The position numbers and the translations under genes were made by a program. Positions 52,138 through 64,000 of a DNA stretch of 64,000 bases are shown here, one piece after another. Each line of letters begins with the position of its first letter. Positions within the stretch are counted from its first letter, which is position 1. The notes beneath the pieces were generated by a model that saw nothing but the letters and a program-made list of their open reading frames with translations, was not told where the DNA came from and did no database searches. This DNA is from the human T2T-CHM13v2.0 reference genome, Homo sapiens. The stretch is from NCBI RefSeq assembly GCF_009914755.1, contig NC_060931.1; one strand, given 5' to 3'.

Positions 52138-52552
52138 TTAGGAAAATCTTATGTATACTTTTACCCCCCACCCCATCTCTATTCTTCAACCCCATTCTGC
52201 CTCTCCCCTCTGTCACCCCATCGCCCCAGGTCACTGAAGCAGGTATCTGGAAGTGAGATCTAGAAGTGAGAGTTCCAAATGAGCAGCATAGGAGGTTTCT
52301 CCCAAAGGTAATGAAACAAATTGGCTGAGGTTTATAATAGGAATGTGATAGTGGTGATTATATATATATTTTGGAGAGGGAGACTGAGACTGTGTGTTCT
52401 AAGGTTAAGTTGTACATGAATAATTTTAAACATTTAAAATATTATCTTCCTGATAAAAATATTTGATAACTCAATTTGGAGCAAGTCTAGGGGGGCATAT
52501 AGAATGTGAATAGAAGATACCCAAGGAGGTACTTGGGAAAATTTCCTGGCCG

Positions 52553-52856
52553 GTTTGTTTGTTTGTTTGTTTGTTTTTTAGACGGGGTTTTGCTCTTGTC
52601 GCCCAGGCTAGAGTGCAATGGTGCGATCTCGGCTCACCACCAACCTCCACCTCCTGGCTTCAAGCAATTCTGCCTCAGCCTCCCAAGCAGCTGGGATTAC
52701 AGGCATATGCCACCACCCCCAGCTAATTTTTGTATTTTTAGTAGACAGGTTTCTCCATGTTGGTCAGTCTGGTCTCGAACTCCCAATCTCAGGTGATCCG
52801 CCCGCCTTGGCCTCCCAGAGTGCTGGGATTACAGGCGTGAGCCATCGTGCCTGGCC
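52553..52856 (-). mobile_element. AluSp-like with (TTTG)n tail
   Basis: Reverse Alu. Confidence 0.95.
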
Positions 52857-54044
52857 TGTTTTCTTATTATGATTAAAATAGATCGACTCTATTCAAGTCC
52901 TACCAGGAGATCCACTTTAAAAAATCTTTTCTCTCCTCCTATTTCCTATTACTTTGTCTTTCTATTTTATTTTCTCTTTTCAATTCCATTAAATGTCTAA
53001 GAATATTTTCCCTACTCTATTTTATAATTTCCTAGAACTTATTCCTGGTGTTTAAATGTTATTCATTTTTTTCTAGCAATCTATTATTGTTTAATGAATG
53101 CAATTATCTTCTTTTAAACATTAGTTTTACTTGTTTTTCTAGTCCCTGTACCTCTAAACTCCAAATTACTTTTTCTGTTTATTTTTGTCACCATCCTTTA
53201 TGCTAATGCTGTCCTTAAAATATCTAGTGATCCATTGTCCATGTACATTTAAAGTGGAGTTATGAAAAACAGTCTATGGGTAGAAGGCATTTTGGCTAGT
53301 AGGCCGGTCAGCCTTTTAGTAGGGCAACTGATTTGAGGAATTGGCCATTTGGTTAAGGGATATTCAAGTGTCAGTAATTGTAGATCCTTTTTTTTGGCCT
53401 GGTTACTTTCATCAGAAAGAAATTACATTATGGCCTGATACTCTGTAATGGGAGCAGAGTGAAGTTAAGGGGAAGGTCACTGGGCTGCTAAACTCACTTT
53501 CATTTAACTTGCTTGTTTGAACATAGCCCTTAGCTATGCCTGGGGTCTCAAGTCCAGGGACTTGCCGATTTAATCATTCAAGTAGGGCCAGTCATCTGTC
53601 TGTGTAGGTTGGGTAGGGGTTAGCAAGGCCTAATTGCTCCTTGTCCAGACTCTCAACTGATTCTTCTAATTTTACCTCCACTTTGAATTCTACCCCTCAA
53701 TTCAGTTGTGCTGGGAGCCTCCTATTTCTGCTTTTGGGTTCCCTACAGCCTGGCTTGCTAGCACTTTCATTTTAGCTACTTTATCTTTACTCAGCTAATA
53801 AGTATCTGCTTATTCTCTTATTTTCTTTTTTCTAAATTTTCATTGCTACTTTCTATCTACTGTTGTCTCTCATAATTTTTTTTGGGGGGGTGTAGGGGTA
53901 GAGCTATATATACTTTATACTTTTTGTTTCTTTAATCCTTACTGTCTTTTAGTGGCATTTTCATGACATAGCAGAAATAAACACATATCGTATCTATCAT
54001 ATTTATTTAGAAGTACGATTATTCACTCTCTTTAAATTTTAAGT

Positions 54045-54163
54045 GTTTAGAGACAGTCTTACTGCATTGCCCAGGCAGGTCTTGAATTTCTGGTCTCAAG
54101 TGATCCTCTTGCCTCAGCCTCCTGAGCTGCCGAGATTACAGGTGTGAGCCATCACACCCAGCT
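54045..54163 (-). mobile_element. FLAM / Alu left monomer
   Basis: Single arm. Confidence 0.85.
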
Positions 54164-57100
54164 AACTCTTTCAATTTTGGGTAGTGGGCTAATGGTGGTA
54201 TCAAGTGAAATAGAAATTTCATAAGTGTTTTTTAAAGTTTTAATATCATTACCAAAGAACAGGGCATATTGAATCAATTTTTTTGAAGCACGTTTCTAAA
54301 TGACTCAGGCGGAAATTGGTGATCTATAAATTTATCAGAGTTATTAACTGTTGAAAGTTAAATCCAAAGAACATTAGAATCAATTCCAGATTAAGCTGTA
54401 CCATCTTGGGCAAAATACTTTCTTCCTGGACCTCAGTAAAATGATGGCAATTAGATTACATGGCTTCTACGATTCCTTCTAGACTAAACATTCTGTAATT
54501 CTAGTACGTAGTTTAAAATTTCTACTTGAAGTCACCACTCCTCCAAATACTGTTAACTGAAGTGTGAAATGCACATCACTGGTCATCAAAGAAACAATTT
54601 TTAATGGTATAAGAATTAACATTTTAATTCATCATTATTTTATTTATATAATTATGAATTTTAATTTTTGTATCAAATTTGTAACTAGTACAACAATTTT
54701 TTTGTAACAGATTTACTTAAGTTTAAAAATGTGAGTTGACTTAAAATTGCAAAAGAAATAATGGAAGATGGTATGTGGGTATGATAAAGTTCTGAAGATG
54801 CCCCACAATAGTGCAGCTTCTGAAACATGGCCCTACCATGATGTCCTTTCAATGACTCTGCCTTTGCACACACGTTAGTTTTTCACTTGGCAAAATCTTT
54901 AAGTGTCCAGCTCAAAGGTTGCTTTTTTTACTGAACCATTCAAGGTAGAAGAGTTTCGTCTTCTAAAACAGTTCAGTTTATTATAAGTGATCTGTTTACA
55001 TGGACCAGGGACTGTGTCTTATTCATCTTTATATCTCCAGTACATTGCTGTGCTTGAGTTTTAATGGATGCTCAATGAACATTTGTTGAAAGAATGAACC
55101 AAGTCAGTATATCACCTAATGTAATGGGCAAATGTTTCCTGTTCTTGATGTCTTTTCAGCACCTATCACTAACTCTGTGTGAACAGCCTCAGCCTTTATT
55201 AGTTCCAGAATACAATATCCACAAGGACACAAATGGAGAAGAACAGGCTTGATGTGAGAGGTCAAAAATAAACAAAAACTCTTGGAAGCTGTTGAGACTA
55301 GTCTTGGATCCCTGTGAAGTTCAGAAAGGATATATTTCAAACATGATTGAAATTTGAGAGTCTGAGATACTAGGGTCCCTGGGATGAACAGCTCTTCCAT
55401 AGAAATGGACATTATCTTTCATCAGAGCAATTTATATTTTGTAGACTTTATACTATGAAATCGAAAGTTTACAGTAGTTTGAATTTACAAAGCATTTCTG
55501 TACACATCATTTAATTTTATCCCCACAATAATGCTTTGCTGTTGGCCTGTTATAACAGAAGGGGAAAGTGAGGGTAGAAAAGTTAAATAATTTTCCAAAT
55601 ATCACCCAGCTAGTAATTGCCTAGAACAGGGGTCAGCAAACTCTGATGGGGTGGGTGGAGGCAAGTCTGGCCCACTGCCTGTTTTTATAAATAAAGTTCT
55701 TTTGGATCACAGATGTCCCTAAGAGGGCTTAAGTCTATTTTACACATGAAGAAAAACTTGAGGCAAAGAAATGGTTATTACTTCACAATGTCACACAGCC
55801 AGACAGTGGCTAAGCCAGCACTCAATCACACCCAGTGTCCTAACTCCTGAACCTTTGCGTTAGCAACTGCACTAGAGCTAGCTCTGGTGTCCAAATCCTA
55901 GCTCTAGTTTTGTGACCTGGGGGAATTTACTCCCTTAATCTCTTGTAAATTAACACGTGTTAAATGCTTAAGACAGGGCTTGGCACATAGTAAAAGATTC
56001 AATGAAATGATTATTTTTAAAAATTAACATTAAAAGCCTTTCATTATCCTGTTTCTTTCTAATAGTAAAAATCAAATCAGTACTGTGGCCTAGATGGTCT
56101 ACATATGCTGTCTTGTTTAAGTTTGTAGCAGCCAATTATAAACCTCGTTTTAGAAGGAAAAGGAGAGGTTCTGAAGGGGTAAATAATTTACTCTGGTGTC
56201 GATTCCAATTCTCTCTGGTTTTTAAACCCACCTTCGCTGCACTACTTCTGGTCTCATCTCTTTCCCCCGCAGGAACTCGGTACTTGGGGGAAAAAAAAAA
56301 TGAATGAATCATCTCTCCCTTCTCCCCCAACCAACCAACAAATTAATCGACCACCATCAACAAAAGGTAGGCATATTCACTCTGCTCAAATGCATCTTGG
56401 GCTTGCCTGCCTTGATTCCTTTAAGCAAGCTATTTCTGGAATCCGAAATATGCTATCTCTGCTTCTCTCTTTACTGAAATCCTATTTATCCTTCAAAGTC
56501 AGATTCAAATAGCACTGAATCCTCAAAGACTTCTCTTATCACCAAAGACAGAAGTGGTTTGTTCTCCTCAGAATCCAATGGTGTTTTGGTTTGTACCATG
56601 CTTATGAAATGCATATGGCGTATACTGATTGATAGTATTTTTTTGTACGTACTTTAAAGTACTCTCAGAAATTGGTAATGTTAAGCCATTTTCTAGAGGA
56701 AGGTGGGGTATATAGAAATACCAAATAAAAAAAATTGACACTTCTAGTACAATATACTAGAATGCTTCTTTTTAAAAATATCTCAAATTATTGTTTTGTA
56801 TGCACTTATTAAGATACTTCCTCTGCACATTAAATGGTAAGAACTCAGTATTTACTCACTCTGGATCTCAAGTTCTTTTTATAATGTCAATTTCATATTT
56901 CCATTAGCTCAGTACAATTAATTTAGAAGCACCAAGATAAAGATAAATAACATAGAATAATTTATTCAAATATCTTATTTCTATGTTCCTCATTTGAAAG
57001 TGTCTACGTCTATTTTATATTCTGTGTTTAGCAGCTTACATATTTTGTTATTTGAAAAAAACAAAACAACTTTTGGTAGATTGCAACCCACCTTTGTAAT

Positions 57101-57744
57101 ACTTGTAATATGAGTGATTTATCATTCAAAATGAATCCTTTTAAAAAACCAGGGCATGATGATCTATTTATTTGCGTTCATATGTTATCAGCAATCTCAA
57201 CTTGGTTTTGCAGCCTCTGCTTTACTTTGAATTTGATTTGTCTAATATAATTCTTAATTGGAAATGGAGAATGCTTTACCAATAAAATATCATCTATCTG
57301 AATTAGCATCACAGGTTTGGGAGGGGCAGTTTGAGAGAAAGCGTCAGTTTGAATTAGTGAAGAACTGCATTATAGAAATTTTTTAAATAAATGCATCTTA
57401 AGTATATCAGCAACCAACTAACAGTATCTTCTAGTAGAGGCTTTAATGCCCATTTTTAATTAGAATTTTATATTTGCATGATAATAAAATGTATTCAAAA
57501 TTTAAGTTTATTGTTAGTAGGCAATTCTTTTTGGTTAAAACATAAATGTGCCACATAAGTGGTTTCTTCTTGATATATTTAATTCATGATAAATTCTCAC
57601 AGATTCTGAATTTGCAGCTGGTTTACTAAAATACATTCTATATCTACAAAATATGCCTGTATGACTTTAATCAAGACAGTGAAGTCATACCACATAATCT
57701 AATTGTTTGAATTATGGTTATAGAGATTTATCTTTTTTTAATTC

Positions 57745-58033
57745 AATTTTTTTGAGATGGAGTCTTGCTCTATTGCCCAGGCTGGAGTGTGGCGGCGCAA
57801 TCTCAGCTCACTGCACCCTGTGCTTCTTGATTCAAGCAATTCTCCTCCCTCAGCCTCCTGCGTAGCTGGGGTTATAGACACCCACCACCACAGCCAGCTA
57901 ATTTTCGTATTTTTAGTAGAGATGAGGTTTTGCCATGTCGGCCAGGCTGGTCTGGAACTCCTGACCTCAAGTGATGGGCCAGCCTCAGTCTCCCAAAGTG
58001 CTGAGATTACAGGCATGAGCCACAGTGCCCAGC
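57745..58033 (-). mobile_element. AluS
   Basis: TSD agagattta. Confidence 0.95.
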
Positions 58034-58438
58034 AGAGATTTAATCTTAAAATACAGTTTGGTAACACTTGCAGGCAAGCTGAGAATTTATCCATGCCACC
58101 CATCTCATTCATATTAGTGCTTTTGTAGTCATCTTAAAAGTAGAAAGGGTTGGATGACCAGATTATCTGATGTCGATTCCTTCTTAAAGGAAACTTGGTG
58201 GTTCTCAAGACTTAGTGTGCATAAGAACATCCCAAAGAATATTAAAAAAAAAAATGAGTACTGTACTTCATAGGCAATATAAATGACTTTCAAGGCCAAT
58301 TTTAACTAAGTGCAATTCTTACCTTGTGTACTGCCTTAAAACATAACCTTCATAGTGTGCGCTATCATTAGCCTTGCCCAGTGTCTCTCATGAATGGGTT
58401 TCAACTTACCTTTCAGTTCCATCAAAAGCTGCACTCAG

Positions 58439-58765
<327 letters not shown>

Positions 58766-60291
58766 TTACATCTCCCAACATGAACATACCATGCTTCTGA
58801 ATTTTTTCATTATTTTCCATATAGAATTAAAATGTGATCATATTAATGAACTTATCCTTTGAGACTCAGCTTAAACCTTGCCTTCTTTAGGAACTCTTCT
58901 TACACCTGCCCTTTACCAATTATTTCTGTATGCTTCTGGAATAGTACTTATCAAGTTGTGTTTTATATTTCCTTTCTGGTCTTCCATAATACACTATAAA
59001 TTAGTAGTGATGTGTACAATAAACACTTAAAATGTTTATTGATAAATTATAGAATAAACTTAAATATTTGTAATAATGACTCTTTTGGTATCATATACAA
59101 TCCTTTATGTTTTGCTTGTTTCACCTGATCCCGAAAATAATTGGAAAATATAGTGTACCTGGATCGAAATAAATATCTGATTGCTAAAATATGCAATTTA
59201 AAAAGGTTATGAGATATCTGAAAAAGCTAAATAGAAGATAATTAACATACTTTAGTTCATACTTCTAAAGAATCAGACCTCAATATACAAGGGACAGTTG
59301 CAAAAGTTCATAAAGTAGAAGTAATAATGTTTGTCTCCATAGCTAAAGTAACCATACGTCTGGGGCTGCTCAGGATGGTCTCTGTGCCTGATAGCACCTC
59401 CTTTCAATTCTTACAAGTGCCCTAGTTTGGGTGATAAAATATATTGTCACCCTGTATAGTCTCCAATAATGAACTTAAGACTGTAATGGGGAACCCAAAA
59501 ATCCTGTGGAAAAAAATCATGTCGAGAGAACCAACTCTTCAAAGGCAGTATCTACAGATATTTGTTATATTATAGACCGTAATATATATTAGCATGAAAG
59601 GGACTCACAAGTGATTAGGTCATAAATTCAAGCTAGGTCCCCAAAGTTACGAGATTTAGAATCCCTTGACATTATCTCATTTTACTGAATTGTACCCGCT
59701 TGTGCTAAGTGATGAGGTTACTGTGTTTCTTAGCCATCGAGATTTTGCCCGGATTTTCCTGTTGCCACTTTATGGCATTTATACTACATTTGTATAGCAC
59801 TTTCCAGTATACAGAACATGTTCATGTACATATTATATTTACAGTACTACAAGCTTTTCATTTAAGTGCTGTGATTTTTAATATTTATTGTGTCAGAAAT
59901 GAAGTATTTGTTTTGCAGCAATCGATGTTTCCTTGGCTTCTAAAGGGGATAAAGCTTGTAAAGTTAACATTTGTCATGATTTATACATAGTAAAAGGGTT
60001 AATGTGGCTAAACCTGCTAATATGGTGATTGTTTTTAGCTATTAACTGGTTTGGGCTAAATGCAGAGTAAAGTTTTAGAACTGTCCTAACATACTAGGTT
60101 GTCTTGTATGTTCTGATAGATAATAGTGTATCCCATGTTACTAAATAAGCATTATAGTATCTATTAACTTGATTCCTATCAGAATGTTACAATAGACACT
60201 GTTTATATAACTGAAGAAAAATTTCTATCTGTATATGGGGTAGTGAATGCTAAGTTTAAGAAAAGTACAAATAATAATACTGGCTTACCTT

Positions 60292-60672
60292 ATGTTACTG
60301 ACTGAATGTTTGTCCTTCTCCCCTTAATTCATCTGTTGAACCCCTACCCCACCCCCATGTGATTGTATTTGGAGATATGGCCTGTGGGGAGGTGGTAAAA
60401 TCTAAATGAGGTCATAAGCATGGGGCCCTGATCTGATACAACTGGTGCCCTAATAAGTGGTAGAGAAACCAGAGCTCCTTCTGTCTGACCGTATGAGAAT
60501 ACACTGAGAAACCAGCTGTATGCAATCCAGGAAGAGAGCCCTCACCAGAAAATGAACCAGCTGACACCTAGATCTCAGACTTCCAGCCTCCAGAACTGTG
60601 CTAAAATAAATTTCAGTTGTTGAAGACATATAGTTTGTGGTAGTTTGATGGCAGCCTGAGCAGACTAAGATT
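60292..60672 (+). mobile_element. MLT1A-like MaLR LTR
   Basis: gactgaatgtttgtcc...gtatttggagat...gacttccagcctccagaactgtg...gcagcctgagcagactaaga. Confidence 0.85.
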
Positions 60673-62324
60673 CCTTAGGTGAGCAGTTAGTGATATTAAA
60701 GTGTTTCATCATAATGTAACTTTAGTCCAAAGATTACAAGGATGAAAACTGCTTGGAAAAGTAAACCAAAAAGTCTAATTACCATTTCCCTTAATTATAT
60801 AATTACATAGTTTTTAAAAAGTTAACTAAATTTAAAAGTATAATATTACTGTATCTTTTTTTTTCTAAACCCAAAGGACTTTCCACCTGGTTTATCTATT
60901 TTTAAATGATGATAATATTATATGAGTTCAGAAAAATTTCCTTGGTGAATTACTGTTAGCTGATTGCTGACGCTAGAAAACTTCCAAATAGTAAGCAAAG
61001 CTTTTCATGTTACAATTTTTTATAAAAAAGGCTTAAAATGATAATAGCATGTTCATTTATGATACTCAAGTAATAAATGATTAATTTTAGAAGCTTTTCA
61101 ATAGAGAGATTGAAACAGAAATCCAAAGCTCTAGAGAGTAGATCCAGCCATTGAAGCAAAGGTTATAAAAAATGTCATTGAAGGGGACACTTGCGTATTT
61201 CAAACTTTGCCACAGTTGGTTTTGACTGTTAGAATATGGGATGGTGTTAAATCAAAGAGATTGAAAGGGTGTGAAGGATACTGATGGGGCCTGGTTCTTA
61301 TATTCTTGAGTGAGCAGTAGGAATGAGAGCTGGGATAACAGCAAATCTAGTGTGCCTGCCACACACCACCCTAGTGATCTTGCTCTACTCATTTCTCCAG
61401 ACTCATCTCATGGTATGTCTGGCTTCTGAAATATTGAAAGTTCCCTGAACGTGCAATGTGGTTTCATGCCTCTGATTTTTCATACATTCTGTCTGGAATG
61501 CCCTCTCCTTCCAATACTGTCAATGGAATGTTATTTCCCCTTTTCTATTCGTATTGGAGTCCTCTGTCTCTTGGTCCAGCACAAACTGGTTGTTCCCTAA
61601 GTCTGCAGCAGAGCTATTATGCCAGGCCTTTCTTTAACTAAACTCTTGGGTTGGAGCTGCTGTACTTGGGACACTTTGTCTCCTCTTTGTTTTCGCCTTT
61701 GTTTTGCTGGAATGCACTTCTGAGCATCTTTCTAGGAATAGATGTCTGAGAAGTAAATATTAAGGTTATTGTATATCTAAACTTATCTGTGTTCTGCCAT
61801 CATATTGATGGACAATTTAGCCAAATATGCAATCAATTTTTGTTTTATAATTTTCCCCTCAGAATTTTAAAGGTATGGTTCCAGTCCTACAATTGTATTA
61901 AAATGTTGTCTTTGTGTATTCGTATCAGTTATGCATTGCCTCAGACTACTTGATTTTTTTTATTGCATATTTCATTTTTCACTTCTAGAATCTGTTTGAT
62001 TTATTTTCAAAACAGCAGCCCTCCCTCAAGTATTACACACTTAGCCCAGGGTGATATATTTGGTTATTCCCATGGAACATGGAGCTTCAAATCACTGTTG
62101 CAGTTGTTCCTGTTATTTATGTCACCTGGAGATTTCTTGCTTTTGATATGGGCTTTAATAAACTATTTTTAGACTAAATACTTTAACTTTTCATTTATTT
62201 GTGTTTGGAATAGAAAGAAGTGCTTTCCATGAATTAGCTTATTTTGTCATTTTGTTTAGAATCTTATTTTTAAAAATCAAATATAACAATTAGGACTCCA
62301 CTCACCAAGATTGCTGATAAATTG

Positions 62325-62720
62325 CGGTAGCATCTTTTGGTGTCCTGTACAAATCCTCTGTGTCCACCCTGGAAGTTTCTCACAGAGGATTTCAGCTTCC
62401 TGTGTTTCTCTGAGCGCATTCTCTGCAGTGCGGATAACCTTGGGGGCAAGTTGACTGCATGGTAGAAGTTATGCTCAGCAGTGACTCTCAATTACAAAGA
62501 GAGAAGGGTTGATGGATAAACTGCAGATTCTTTGCCCTCCACTGAGTTCTACATGGTCTCTCAGAGGGTCACCAGTAAGACTGGACCCCATTTGCCCACA
62601 ACAGTAACTTGTTCTTTACTCTCCAGTGCTTCTGCTGGCTTTTCTTTCTGACTACAAACTTCCTCATGTTGCTTCCTGGAATCACTTCCAAAATAAGCTA
62701 TTTGTATCACAATACTGACT
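62325..62720 (+). mobile_element. Ancient ERVL-type LTR remnant (LTR16/LTR33-like)
   Basis: tgcttcctggaatcacttccaaaataagctattt resembles the 3' region of these LTRs. Confidence 0.4.
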
Positions 62721-64000
62721 TTGGGTATATTCAAAGATACAAGTTCAACAATGTCTATTTTGGGGATACTCAATCTCATTTCAGAGTTGTATAGGAGCTG
62801 CAGAAACTTGTAGATGTCCTCACACTTGTAGGGTTTCTTAGTCGTTTTCACAATTCTCCTGACTTTCCAGCTGCCATTGTTTGGTGTTGCTCCTTCACTG
62901 TATATGGCTCCATATGAAATGAGCCTTCCTTGCTCTGCTTCCTGCTTAGGTAATGTGATAACTCATCATTACTGTAAGAGGCTGTCAGCAGACTTACTTT
63001 TTTCATGTCAAGCTCATCTGTGGGAGACTCTGCTTGGGTTCCCAACACTCCAGCACTATCCTATCTATGGTCTTCTAGTATGCAGATCATTCCTTGCAAA
63101 GAATGGGCCTGCTTGAGTCCAGTGCCCATTTCTGGACAAGGGTCTGGAGAATCCTTTTGACCAGTCACATCTACTCCTGTGTCGTATATGGAATTTGTAA
63201 TTGTCAATACTGTCAGACAAGGGAGAGACAAAAGAAAAGGGGGGTTTTACACCAGAATAGAGGAGGAATTCAGAACAGGAAGAAACAATGGATGTCTACT
63301 AGGTTTCACCTCTTGGATGCCCACATATGTGTACACATACACTTACAATCTCAAACATGTTCCATTAGCATAAAGCAGCTATTGTATGTAACCTCAGATA
63401 TGCACTCACCTTCTCATAAACAAATATCAAAGTCTCATCCATTTCTAGGCTCTGGATTTCTGAATGGTATAATCTTGTTATGTGGAGATATATATCTTAA
63501 TCATGTAGCAACTTATGCCTAACTTACACATTTAACCACCCAAAGACACCCAGGAAGTAAGGTATACGGAAGACAGGATGACTGCAAAAAATATTTCCCT
63601 TTTGAAAAGGGAAAACAACAGTTGTGGTCTCTGTCCCCAGCATAGTCCATCCCTTCCCGGCAGGGGAGTGTATTCTTGATTAGCCTCACATTTCCCAGCA
63701 GCATCTTGTATGGCCAAATTTGACAGATGGTTTGGGGAACATTTCCCTGGCAGATGCTTGGCAATATTTCTAAGAGATACTATGTGTTTGCTTAAATTCT
63801 TGTTGAGCAAGTGCCTAAATCAAGAAATATCAAAGCATGGTAGAAGTTGTAAGATTTATCTGCCTGAACTACCGATCTTGCTAAGTTATCACTGCTTCTG
63901 AGCCACAGGAGTACCCCCAGGGAGAACTATAACACTGTATTTTAGGGTTTTTTGATTTAATAGATCCTTTTAAAACCAAACTGAGCTAAAGGACTGTACT

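Overview
Primate, most likely human, genomic DNA. The only protein-coding gene supported is TPK1 (thiamin pyrophosphokinase 1) on the minus strand. Its CpG-island promoter lies at ~6.45-7.0 kb, with non-coding exon 1 ending at 6762 and exon 2 at 6354-6412, which encodes MEHAFTPLEPLLST plus the first base of G15. Positions 1-6353 are TPK1 intron 2. The ~57 kb to the right is upstream intergenic DNA dense in repeats: about 40 Alu pieces, nested L1s, Tigger1/Tigger3/MER DNA transposons, solo LTRs (MER61, THE1D, MLT1A, MER21, MER31, MER39-like), a near full-length 7SK retropseudogene and microsatellites. Almost all ORFs in the track are repeat-derived artefacts. I found no convincing new biological system. 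The best sequence-derived leads are an apparent ~1.5 kb inversion that splits a Tigger1 and its host L1 about 4-5 kb upstream of the TPK1 promoter, and a CpG-retaining THE1D LTR with a strong splice donor. Repeat subfamily names and boundaries come from recognition by eye and are approximate.
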